DNA of 64,000 bases from Nitrososphaeria archaeon (GCA_027078545.1 JALWXN010000001.1:18347-82346), one strand, 5' to 3'; counted from the stretch's first letter, positions 54,064 through 62,953 are shown. The notes: generated by a model not told the origin, from the letters alone. Translations and numbers: made by a program.

Positions 54064-55212
54064 ATGGTTAGCCGTCCCCATGGGGGTAGGCTGGTCAGGA
54101 GGGTCCTGCCTAGGGATAGGTTGGAGGATATCCTCCGGGATAGTAGGGGGCTGCACCAGCTGGATGTTGATGACACTATCTATAGGGATCTCGAGAACAT
54201 AGGGTATGGCGTCTATAGCCCCTTGACAGGCTTCCTCGATAGTGTGGAGCTCGAGAGTGTCCTGCTTACCATGAGGCTGTCCAACGACCTTCCCTGGACA
54301 ATCCCTATAGTACTGGATATCGATGAGGAGGCAAGAAGGTCGATAGGTATTGGCGATACGGTCCTACTTAGGTATGGTGGACAGCCCGTGGGGCTCCTCA
54401 TGGTTGAGGAGGTCTACCGTTACGACAAGAGGCTATATGCGGAGAAGGTGTTCAAGACTACTGACCCGGCTCACCCAGGTGTCGCTAGGGTGATGTCTAT
54501 GGGGGACTACTTGGTAGGCGGGTCTGTCGAGTATATCCCGATGGTTAGGGATGGCTATGAGGACTACTTCCTCACACCTATGGAGACCCGTGTACTCTTC
54601 AGGGAGAGGGGCTGGGAGACTGTTGTTGCCTTCCAGACTAGGAATGTCCCACACCTTGGGCATGAATATGTCCAGAAGACCGCCCTAACCTTTGTCGACG
54701 GCCTCTTCATAAACCCTGTGATCGGTAGGAAGAAGAGGGGGGACTTTAGGGATGAGGTTATCCTCGAGGCTTATAAGACGCTTATAAACAGGTTCTACCC
54801 GAGGGGCTCCGTAGTCATGAGTATCGTTAGATATGCTATGCGCTACGCAGGGCCCCGTGAGGCTATCCACCACGCGGTTATGAGGAAGAATTTTGGGGCT
54901 ACCCACTTCATAGTTGGTAGGGATCATGCCGGGGTGGGTAACTACTATGGGAGGTATGAGGCCCAGGAGATCTTCTCAGAGTTCCCCGACCTAGGTATTA
55001 CCCCGCTCTTCTTCAGGGAGTTCTTCTACTGTAGGGGGTGTGGAGGAATGTCCAACGAGAAAATATGCCCACATGATAGGGATCTCAGGATCTATATCAG
55101 TGGTACGAGGATTAGGGAGAGCCTCTCGCGGGGCGTCGTTCCGCCTGGGGAGATGATGCGTAGGGAGGTGGCTGAGACGATACTCTCCTTCGAGAACCCC
55201 TTCGTGGAGTAG
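54064..55212 (+). CDS. sat: Sulfate adenylyltransferase (ATP sulfurylase)
   Basis: 382 aa. 'FQTRNVPHLGHEY' (HxxH), 'GRDHAGVG', and an N-terminal PUA-like domain. Confidence 0.9.
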   Translation: MVSRPHGGRLVRRVLPRDRLEDILRDSRGLHQLDVDDTIYRDLENIGYGVYSPLTGFLDSVELESVLLTMRLSNDLPWTIPIVLDIDEEARRSIGIGDTVLLRYGGQPVGLLMVEEVYRYDKRLYAEKVFKTTDPAHPGVARVMSMGDYLVGGSVEYIPMVRDGYEDYFLTPMETRVLFRERGWETVVAFQTRNVPHLGHEYVQKTALTFVDGLFINPVIGRKKRGDFRDEVILEAYKTLINRFYPRGSVVMSIVRYAMRYAGPREAIHHAVMRKNFGATHFIVGRDHAGVGNYYGRYEAQEIFSEFPDLGITPLFFREFFYCRGCGGMSNEKICPHDRDLRIYISGTRIRESLSRGVVPPGEMMRREVAETILSFENPFVE

Positions 55213-55249
55213 TATCGAGTCTTTATCCCCCTAGCCAGGCTATACATAG

Positions 55250-56281
55250 ATGGGTGTCTCGATAATGGATATGCCCAGTGAGATTAGGGAGAGGCTTGGC
55301 GGGAGTAGGGCCCTACTAGCCTTCCACTGGGATGCAGATGGAATCTCCTCGGCAGCCCTCCTACTGGATGTCCTGGGGCTGGATGCCGTGCTCTACACAC
55401 CAGTTATAGGGCTGTATAGACTTGTCCCCGAGGACCTCCCCAGGGATATAGATGTAGATGCATTGGTGGTGGCTGATATGGGTGTATCCACAAAGGCTAT
55501 CGAAGGGGTGGCGGAGTATCTAGGCGTCCCCGGCTACGTGTTTGACCATCACCATAGGGAGCCCTCGGATAGGCTGTTTATAGCCAGGTATATCGATGGG
55601 TATGGAGACCTATATCCCTCCGCCTCAATGGTCATCACTGATGCCCTTGGGATAGAGCCTAACACGTTGACTATCCTTGGCATAGCGGGGGATCTCGAGG
55701 AGGGTGTTAGGGAGTCTAGGTACTATGGTGTTGTTGAGAGGGTTGCAAGTAGGTATGGCTTGAGACCTAAAGACTTTATAGAGATATCCCGGCTTGTGGA
55801 CACCAACTACCTATTCCTCGATAGGGCTGGTGTGATAGAGGCCGTCCATGCCCTGAGGGAGTATAGGGAGGATCCCAAGGCGCTACTGGCGAGGGATGAC
55901 TGGAGGGCTAGGCTCGAGGAGTTTATGGGTGAGTTGGAGCGTCTCGCTAGGGTGGAGCTGGAGGAGGTCGATGGGATACTCTTCCGGGAGCTGGATAGTA
56001 GGCTGTACATAGTTTCTAAGCTTGGTAGGATGCTGAGTAGGAGGAACCCCGATAAATATGTCCTACTAGGTGTGCCGCGGATGGCCAATGGCTATAGCCA
56101 GGTATACCTCAGGACTGGGAGGGGGGACGTGGATCTTAGGCCCCTGATCGAGAGGCTGAGGGGTATGGGTCTCTATGCAGGGGGGAAGAGGAATGTCTTG
56201 GGCGCCGTTGTCGAGCCTGGTAAATATAGGGCTGTCCTGGGCGAAATATTTAGGTATCTAGGTGTCCCAGATGTCGTGTGA
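55250..56281 (+). CDS. DHH/DHHA1-family phosphoesterase (NrnA-like; candidate pAp phosphatase)
   Basis: 343 aa. 'AFHWDADGISSAA', 'VADMG', 'FDHHH', and a C-terminal 'GGKRNVLGAV' in the position of the DHHA1 GGGH motif. Confidence 0.7.
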   Translation: MGVSIMDMPSEIRERLGGSRALLAFHWDADGISSAALLLDVLGLDAVLYTPVIGLYRLVPEDLPRDIDVDALVVADMGVSTKAIEGVAEYLGVPGYVFDHHHREPSDRLFIARYIDGYGDLYPSASMVITDALGIEPNTLTILGIAGDLEEGVRESRYYGVVERVASRYGLRPKDFIEISRLVDTNYLFLDRAGVIEAVHALREYREDPKALLARDDWRARLEEFMGELERLARVELEEVDGILFRELDSRLYIVSKLGRMLSRRNPDKYVLLGVPRMANGYSQVYLRTGRGDVDLRPLIERLRGMGLYAGGKRNVLGAVVEPGKYRAVLGEIFRYLGVPDVV

Positions 56282-56807
56282 TAAGGGGTTCGTCGTATGG
56301 TTCACCGGTATACCCGGCTCGGGTAAGACTACACTGGCTAGGATGCTTAGGGAGAGGCTGTCGAGCATGGGTCTATGCGTGGAGCACCTGGATGGGGATG
56401 AGGTTAGGCCTTGGCTGAGCCCCGAGGCGGGCTTCTCCCGTGAGGATAGGCTTAGGCATCTGAGGAGGGTGGCCTTCGTTACACACCTCCTGAGTAGGAA
56501 TGGGGTGGTGGTGCTCGCCTCCTTCGTCTCCCCGTATAGGGAGGCTAGGGATCTGGCGAGGGAGCTGAATGGGGATAGGTTTGTGGAGGTCTATGTGAAG
56601 TGTCCGGTGGAGGTGGCTGTTGAGAGGGATCCCAAGGGCCTCTACAGGAAGGCTCTCAAGGGTGAGATTAAGAACATGACTGGTATCCAGGACGTCTATG
56701 AGGAGCCGCCTAACCCCGAGGTCGTGGTGGAGACTGATAGGGAGACCCCCGAGGAGAGTCTAGAGAAGATACTCGGTTTCCTAAGGAGTAGGGGCTTCAT
56801 AGGATGA
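56262..56807 (+). CDS. cysC: Adenylylsulfate (APS) kinase
   Basis: 181 aa. P-loop 'FTGIPGSGKTTLA', 'LDGDEVR', 'GFSREDRLRHLRRVAFV', 'FVSPYREARD'. The likely start is the ATG at 56271. It overlaps the end of the DHH gene. Confidence 0.9.
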   Translation: MSQMSCDKGFVVWFTGIPGSGKTTLARMLRERLSSMGLCVEHLDGDEVRPWLSPEAGFSREDRLRHLRRVAFVTHLLSRNGVVVLASFVSPYREARDLARELNGDRFVEVYVKCPVEVAVERDPKGLYRKALKGEIKNMTGIQDVYEEPPNPEVVVETDRETPEESLEKILGFLRSRGFIG

Positions 56808-58372
56808 GTAGTAGGCGTATATTGCTGCTTGGGTGGGACGGGGTTCCGCCAGGCCTTATTAGGGAGCTTGTAGAGACCGGTAATACGCCTAATCTTTCAG
56901 AGGTGTTTGGGGAGGGGCGGTTCGGCGAGGTTGTAGCCCCCCTACCCATTGTGACTCCTGCGAGCTGGTACTCTGCATTTACGGGTGTGGAGCCATATAG
57001 GCATGGTATTCCCCACTTCGTCGTGATAGATAGGGAGTATAGGCTTAGATACATGTCTATATCCGACCTCAGGGTCGAGGCTATCTGGGATGTCCTCGGT
57101 AGGCATGGTGTGGAGGGGCTCTATCTAAACCTCCCGGTCTCCACACCCGCGCCGAGGGTAACTGGGTTGTGGATAGGGGGTGAGCAGATCTATAGAGAGG
57201 TTAGGGAGGCAGACGTATATCCATCCGAACTCGTTAGAGAGCTTAGGACCCTGGGCTACATGGTTGGATACCCAAACATATCGACGGATCCCGGTAGCTA
57301 TGTATCCGGCCTACTTATGGCTGAGTCGAGGCGACTAGACGTATTTACACGCCTGATGGATAGGCGTCAATGGGGGTTGTCAATCTACATAGCATACTCC
57401 CCCGACATAGTTCTACACGCCTTTTACGGGATGGATGGTTATCGGGAACATATCTATAGATGTTTCGAGGAGCTGGATCGATGGCTAGGGACACTCCTCA
57501 ACCGTCTTGATAAGGAGGACATACTTGTCTTGATGTCTGATCATGGCCATGGATACAAGAATGGGTATATAAATCTCCTGGCGCTACTCAGGAGCATGGG
57601 GTTATTGGCGACCCGTAGGCCTAAAGGGTTGAGGATGAACTGGGTCCGGAGGGTAGGCCTGGTCAGGAGGATATGGTGGAGGCTCCCTGACCGTATGAGG
57701 AGGTGGATAGGGAGGTATGTACTGGGTAACATAGTGGTTCTCGACACACCCTCAAGGATCTCTGGAGCTAGTATAGACTGGGATGTGACAAAGGCCTTCC
57801 CCCAGGTGGATATAGGGGGTATCAAGATGCATAGGGCGGATCTCTTCCCCCGTGGCGTCTTGGATAGGGGTGAGGCATATGAGCTGGCCGTCAAGATTGT
57901 CGAGGAGCTTAGGAGAGTCGACTTCGGAGGCTCCCCCATATTCGGGGATGTCGTCCTCAACTTCAACGATGATCCGTTGACGCCAGACATATATCTAGAG
58001 CCCAGGGATGATCTCTGGTTCAAGTCTAGGGTTGAGGATGAGCTCATAATCCAGAACAGGCCTGATAGGTATCTCTCTCCGACCCGGATAGATGTGGCTG
58101 GTGATAGGGCGTCGTACCATGTTAGGAATGGATTTATCCTTGTATATGGCGAGGATATAGAGCCAGGTGACGCTGGTATCATTAGGATGGTGGATGTTAT
58201 GCCGACGGTTCTACATATGATGGGCCTACCGATACCTACGGGGCTGGATGGAGGTGTAGCAGAGTCTATTCTTACTAGGGAAGCTATTAATAGGGATGTA
58301 AAGTATGAGAGGAGTCTTAGAAGGGATCTTCGTGCAAGATCCCGTTCCCTTAGGAGGAGGCTCAAGAGGTAG
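56804..58372 (+). CDS. Alkaline-phosphatase-superfamily protein (type I phosphodiesterase/nucleotide pyrophosphatase family), paralogue 1
   Basis: 522 aa. 'LLGWDGVPPG' (metal Asp), 'IVTPASWYSAFTG' (nucleophile Thr context T.P......TG), 'LMSDHGHG'. Overlaps cysC through an ATGA. Confidence 0.7.
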   Translation: MSSRRILLLGWDGVPPGLIRELVETGNTPNLSEVFGEGRFGEVVAPLPIVTPASWYSAFTGVEPYRHGIPHFVVIDREYRLRYMSISDLRVEAIWDVLGRHGVEGLYLNLPVSTPAPRVTGLWIGGEQIYREVREADVYPSELVRELRTLGYMVGYPNISTDPGSYVSGLLMAESRRLDVFTRLMDRRQWGLSIYIAYSPDIVLHAFYGMDGYREHIYRCFEELDRWLGTLLNRLDKEDILVLMSDHGHGYKNGYINLLALLRSMGLLATRRPKGLRMNWVRRVGLVRRIWWRLPDRMRRWIGRYVLGNIVVLDTPSRISGASIDWDVTKAFPQVDIGGIKMHRADLFPRGVLDRGEAYELAVKIVEELRRVDFGGSPIFGDVVLNFNDDPLTPDIYLEPRDDLWFKSRVEDELIIQNRPDRYLSPTRIDVAGDRASYHVRNGFILVYGEDIEPGDAGIIRMVDVMPTVLHMMGLPIPTGLDGGVAESILTREAINRDVKYERSLRRDLRARSRSLRRRLKR

Positions 58373-58375
58373 TTT

Positions 58376-59764
58376 GTGATGAGGAGGCGTCTAGTTGTCT
58401 TTGGTCTGGATGCCGCTGCTCCTGAGCTGGTATTCAATAAGTTTCTGGATTACCTACCCAATTTCCGGAGGGTTATCGAGAGGTCTGTACATGGTAGGCT
58501 TAGGAGCTGTGACCCGCCTATAACTGTCCCGGCCTGGATGGTTATGATGACTGGTAGGGAGCCTGGGGAGCTTGGGCTCTATGGGTTTAGGCATAGGAGT
58601 GGCTATAGCTACACCGAGTATGAACTCCCGAGTAGCAGGTCTATCAGGAGGCCCCGTGTATGGGATGTCCTTGGTGCTGAGGGGCTTAGGAGCTTCGTGA
58701 TGGGTGTCCCACCCTCCTATCCACCGTATAGGGTTAATGGGTGGCTTATCTCATGCTTCTTGACTCCAGATGATAGTGTCCAGTTCACCCATCCCCTCCC
58801 CCTTAAGTATGAGGTTAAGAGGCTTGTTGGTAGGTATGTCTTCGACGTTCCTTTTAGGAGGGAGGATAGGGACTGGGTTCTGGATAGGATCCATGAGATG
58901 ACGGATATACATGAGAAGGTTGCCCTTGAGATGCTTGTGAGGAAGCCTTGGGACTTCTTCATGTATATGGAGATTGGTCTCGACAGGGTTCAGCACGCCT
59001 TCTGGAAGTATATGGATAGGGGTCATAGGAGGTTTGAGGAGCATCCCCGCTTCTCAAGGGCTATACTCGAGTACTATGTCAGGCTGGACAGGATACTGGG
59101 TGAGATCATTAGGAGGGCTGGGGACGCTGATATATTGATAGTCTCGGACCACGGTGCGAAGAGGATGGATGGGGCCTTCGCTATCAATGACTGGCTGGTG
59201 GAGCAGGGCTATCTAAAGCTTAGGGGGGATGTGGAGCCAGGCACGAGGATCTCGAGGGCAGATGTGGACTGGGGGGAGACGATTGCATGGGGATGGGGCG
59301 GCTACTATAGCCGTATATTCCTTAATGTCGAGGGGCGTGAGGAGATGGGCGTAGTCTCGAGGGAGGAGTATGAAGATGTTCTTAGGGAGCTCTCTAGGAA
59401 GATCCTGGGTATCAGGGGGCCTGATGGCGAGGCGTGGCGTAACGTTGTCTATAGGCCTGTGGAGATCTATCGGGAGGTTAATGGTAACCCCCCTGATCTG
59501 ATGGTCTACTTCGATGATCTCTACTGGAGGGCGGCTGGTACGATGGGCTATGAGACGCCCTACCTGGAGGAGAATGATACTGGGCCTGACGACGCCGTCC
59601 ATGACTATGACGGGATCTTCATATGGTATAACAGGGGTAGCGGTGTGGAGAGGGACGCCTCTATCTACGATGTCTTCCCAACCATCCTTAGGTTCTATGG
59701 CTTGGAGCCGCCAGAGGATATACGTGGGGAGGTTGTGGAGGAAGTCTTTAGGGGGCAGGGCTAG
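58376..59764 (+). CDS. Alkaline-phosphatase-superfamily protein (type I phosphodiesterase/nucleotide pyrophosphatase family), paralogue 2
   Basis: 462 aa. 'VFGLDAAAPE', 'PITVPAWMVMMTG', 'IVSDHGAK'. Collinear with the upstream paralogue, with a 3-nt intergenic gap. Confidence 0.7.
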   Translation: MMRRRLVVFGLDAAAPELVFNKFLDYLPNFRRVIERSVHGRLRSCDPPITVPAWMVMMTGREPGELGLYGFRHRSGYSYTEYELPSSRSIRRPRVWDVLGAEGLRSFVMGVPPSYPPYRVNGWLISCFLTPDDSVQFTHPLPLKYEVKRLVGRYVFDVPFRREDRDWVLDRIHEMTDIHEKVALEMLVRKPWDFFMYMEIGLDRVQHAFWKYMDRGHRRFEEHPRFSRAILEYYVRLDRILGEIIRRAGDADILIVSDHGAKRMDGAFAINDWLVEQGYLKLRGDVEPGTRISRADVDWGETIAWGWGGYYSRIFLNVEGREEMGVVSREEYEDVLRELSRKILGIRGPDGEAWRNVVYRPVEIYREVNGNPPDLMVYFDDLYWRAAGTMGYETPYLEENDTGPDDAVHDYDGIFIWYNRGSGVERDASIYDVFPTILRFYGLEPPEDIRGEVVEEVFRGQG

Positions 59765-60908
59765 GTATTACCGCCCCACTCTCCACAAGCCTCTCGATCT
59801 CATCCTCGCTGTATCCGAGCATGGATAGGATCTCCCGGTAGTGCTGGCTCAGCCGTGGTGGGGGTATCTGTGTATAGATCCTCCTACCATCGATCCTCAT
59901 CGGTGGCTTGAGATAGGCCCTGCCACCGGGGTCTCTCCCCAGGGCCCCGGCCTCCTCGAGGTATCCACTCCTAACCATCTCGACCACCCTGTTGACGGGG
60001 GCCGTGGGTACACCTGCACTGCTTAGCTTCTCGAGGGCCTCCTCGAGGCTTAGCCTTGATATCTTCTCCCCTATCTCGCGGTCCACGTACTCCCTGTTCT
60101 CCACCCTATCCGGGTTGTGTCTACACCTGGGGTCTCCAAGTAGGTGTTCTAGGCCTAGTGCCCTGCAGAGCCTCTCGAATAGGTTGTCGTTAGCCGCTGC
60201 CACTGCTATCCATCTCCCATCCCTGGTTTGGTATGCCCTGTAGGGGACTATGGATGGATGTCCTGAGCCGTGTCTACCAGGCTCTATCCCGGCGTGGAGG
60301 GCTGAGTATACTAGGTAGGACATGGAGTATATCATGGAGTCCATGAGGGAGACCTCTATCATGGTGGGCCTTCTATTCCTTCGGAGTGCGTCGAGTATCG
60401 ATACTGCTGCGTATAGCCCGGTGAAGATATCGGCTATGGCGAAGCCTACACGGGTGGGCTCCTCCCCCTCGTTGCCGGTGGCCATCATTATTCCTGAGTA
60501 TGCCTGTATAATCAGGTCGTAGGCCGGCTGCCTAGCTAGTTTCGTGTCTGGGCTGTATCCCCTTATGACGCAGTAGACTATCCTGGGATTCACCTCCCTG
60601 ACCCTATCGTAGCCTAGGCCCAGCCTCTCGGCGACTCCATCCCTATAGTTGTGGATCAATACGTCTGCCCATCTAACCAGTCTTTCGATGACCTCTCTAC
60701 CCCCTTCATTCTTCATGTCTATCGCTATGCTCCTCTTCCCTCTGTTGATGCTGTAGAAGTATGTCGAGACACCATTCACGATTGGTGTGTATAGCCTCGT
60801 CTCGTCACCCCATGGAGGCTCGACCTTGACTACCTCAGCTCCCAGCTCTGCTAGGACCATCGTGGCGAAGGGGCCTGCCAATACCCTGCTCATGTCGAGT
60901 ATCCTCAT
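59748..60908 (-). CDS. Family III CoA-transferase (CaiB/BaiF/Frc-like)
   Basis: 386 aa. 'RILDMSRVLAGPFATMVLAELGAEVVKVEPP' and the catalytic Asp context 'GFAIADIFTG'. Confidence 0.85.
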   Translation of the reverse strand: MRILDMSRVLAGPFATMVLAELGAEVVKVEPPWGDETRLYTPIVNGVSTYFYSINRGKRSIAIDMKNEGGREVIERLVRWADVLIHNYRDGVAERLGLGYDRVREVNPRIVYCVIRGYSPDTKLARQPAYDLIIQAYSGIMMATGNEGEEPTRVGFAIADIFTGLYAAVSILDALRRNRRPTMIEVSLMDSMIYSMSYLVYSALHAGIEPGRHGSGHPSIVPYRAYQTRDGRWIAVAAANDNLFERLCRALGLEHLLGDPRCRHNPDRVENREYVDREIGEKISRLSLEEALEKLSSAGVPTAPVNRVVEMVRSGYLEEAGALGRDPGGRAYLKPPMRIDGRRIYTQIPPPRLSQHYREILSMLGYSEDEIERLVESGAVIPSPAP

Positions 60909-60982
60909 AATACCTGTTATTCCTCCCGAGGGGTATTTGACGAATCCCTTAATGAACCAGTTATGTACTCCCTATTCTAGGT

Positions 60983-62653
60983 GTGTCTGGGATGAGGGTG
61001 TCGCAAAATCTGTTGAGGCTGATGGATGAGAGTATTGACCGTGGATGGTTCGACGTGGCAGAGGTGTCGGGCATAATCGGTGGCAGGGAGAAGACGCTCT
61101 CCACATTAATTGAGGGGTATGTCCTGGGCCTATTCAACTATAGGGGTGAGACTGTCTTCGAGCTTAGGAGGGAGGGGCTGGAGCTGCTGAATATATGGGG
61201 CTTCCTGGGTAGGCCAGAGGCTGATCCATGGATAGACACTAGGGTATACAGCATGCTCAGGACCCTCTTGATGAGGCCTGGTGGGATACCTGAGGACTGG
61301 GTAGGCCTCCTTGAGGAGAGGGGTCTAGCCACTGGTGATGAGCTCTCCCAGTATGCGGCTGAGCTACTCTCCCTCATGGATAGGCTCGAGAAGACTATAT
61401 TCCTGACCACCGGCTTCGCAGGGCTATTCACCACGTTTCCCGACGGCCCCGCTGAGAGGGTTAGGTTCCCCCAGGGATGGGAGCTCGCCGAGGCCATGTC
61501 CCTACTCGTAGCCTCTATACCTAATGGCCTCTACCTAGGCCTCACAGAGGCTGGTAGGACGCTTAAGAGGGCATTGAGGAACCTGGCTATACCCAGGGGT
61601 ATACCGGTGGTTGTTAATAGGCGTATCCTGGAGGGTCTGGAGAGGCTGGAGGCCAGTGAGAAGATCCCTGACGACCTTCTCCAGCTCCTGATAAGTCTCG
61701 ACTATGTATCTGGCCTTGGACGGCTCGAGTATAGGGGTAGGATGGTTCTCAGGGCGTATAGGCTGGTTAGGAGCCCACCTGTCAATAGGCCGATGGCGAT
61801 GACTGCTGAGGAGGAGCAGCTTCTGAGGGGTGTGGTGATTACGTGGAGGGAGAGGATGGATAAGACGAATGTATATGCTACTAAGGAGAGGATTGCTAAG
61901 AACCTAGGTGTGGAGTGGACGGGCGACCTTGGGCTTAGCCTGAAGCATCTAGAGAGCCTGGGCCTGGTGGAGGAGTACTATGAGGATGGGAAGGAGGAGT
62001 ATAGGCCGACGAAGGAGGGTGAGGAGTTGTCTGGGCTGCCCGGCCTGGGTGAGGGCACGAGTGTCGAGGCCGTCTCCTCCGTGGCGAAGACCGTATCTGC
62101 ACTGTCCCCCAGTGAGGAGTGGGTCTCCGAGGCCCTCTCCAGAGGCATTCTTGGTGGGCAGGGGCCTACGAAGAAGGGTGAGATGCTCTATAGGGCTGGG
62201 TACTATGCGAGGAGGCCCTTCCTAACCAGGGATGAGGCTATAGCCCTGAGGCAGATGCCTGAGAGGAAGAGTGTGGATAAGTCCTACCTAGTCGGTAGGG
62301 GGGTGGATGAGAAGGGTATTAATAGGCTGGTAACGCGTGGATTGATAGAGCTCCTCCCCGACGGTAGGTATGTGATAACTGATGCAGGCCTCCTGCTCAA
62401 GACTGCCCTGGTAGCTGTCTCGCCGGGTATAGCCACGCCTGTCTATCCGACGCTGGTCAAGGTCTTGGAGGCGATCGATAGCCTCAACACGGATGATCCT
62501 GTCGAGATAATTAAGAGTACGAAGCTCTCGGTAGATGCTGTGAAGACAGCGTTGATCATCGGTAGGAACGCGAAGTATATAGGGCGTTCCGGTAAGGAGT
62601 TGACCCAGGCTGGAAAGGCGTTGTTGCAGGCGGCTAAGCTACTGGCCAGCTAG
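60983..62653 (+). CDS. Hypothetical protein built from about eight winged-helix-like repeats
   Basis: 556 aa with recurrent '(hydrophobic)-G-(L/I/Y)-(V/I/L)...(5-12 aa)...(L/P/I)T.(A/E/K)G..L' modules. See the corresponding finding. Confidence 0.5.
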   Translation: MSGMRVSQNLLRLMDESIDRGWFDVAEVSGIIGGREKTLSTLIEGYVLGLFNYRGETVFELRREGLELLNIWGFLGRPEADPWIDTRVYSMLRTLLMRPGGIPEDWVGLLEERGLATGDELSQYAAELLSLMDRLEKTIFLTTGFAGLFTTFPDGPAERVRFPQGWELAEAMSLLVASIPNGLYLGLTEAGRTLKRALRNLAIPRGIPVVVNRRILEGLERLEASEKIPDDLLQLLISLDYVSGLGRLEYRGRMVLRAYRLVRSPPVNRPMAMTAEEEQLLRGVVITWRERMDKTNVYATKERIAKNLGVEWTGDLGLSLKHLESLGLVEEYYEDGKEEYRPTKEGEELSGLPGLGEGTSVEAVSSVAKTVSALSPSEEWVSEALSRGILGGQGPTKKGEMLYRAGYYARRPFLTRDEAIALRQMPERKSVDKSYLVGRGVDEKGINRLVTRGLIELLPDGRYVITDAGLLLKTALVAVSPGIATPVYPTLVKVLEAIDSLNTDDPVEIIKSTKLSVDAVKTALIIGRNAKYIGRSGKELTQAGKALLQAAKLLAS

Positions 62654-62661
62654 CACGTTAT

Positions 62662-62868
62662 TTATAGGTATCCAAGGCTCCTCAGATTATCCTTTATCTT
62701 CTCCTCCTCCTCGGGGCTGTAGCTCCTCTCCTCCCCGCCCAGCGTCTCCTTGATAATGAATTCTAGGAGGTCCTCCACACTCTTGAATTCCCCGCCGCTC
62801 TCCTCGACTGTCTTCTTCAGTAGCTCGTAGGACTCCCTTGAGATCTCGATGCTGACCTTCTCAGACAC
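62662..62868 (-). CDS. Ribbon-helix-helix protein with C-terminal 'LRSLGYL' tail, copy 2
   Basis: 68 aa with a GTG start: MSEKVSIEISRESYELLKKTVEESGGEFKSVEDLLEFIIKETL...EEEEKIKDNLRSLGYL. Paralogue of 53826..54053. Confidence 0.6.
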   Translation of the reverse strand: MSEKVSIEISRESYELLKKTVEESGGEFKSVEDLLEFIIKETLGGEERSYSPEEEEKIKDNLRSLGYL

Positions 62869-62884
62869 TGCTCCCCACCAAGAT

Positions 62885-62911
62885 ATAGATAATGCCTCGC
62901 AGCATAGATAA
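62885..62911. repeat. Direct repeat ATAGATAA (two copies, 19-nt period) in the promoter of RHH copy 2
   Basis: ATAGATAA occurs at 62885-62892 and 62904-62911 (TTATCTAT on the gene's strand). The proximal copy overlaps the TATA-like element about 17-25 nt upstream of the GTG. Confidence 0.4.
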
Positions 62912-62953
62912 GGCCCCTAGATATATAGCTGCCAAGCCCAATACATTCAACGG

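Noticed and set aside
62662-62700. C-terminal '...LGYL' of the RHH paralogues as a proteasome-activator-type HbYX motif
   Set aside because: HbYX needs a hydrophobic residue before the penultimate Tyr. Here it is Gly, and copy 1 carries an extra terminal Asp that puts Tyr at the -3 position. The resemblance is superficial.
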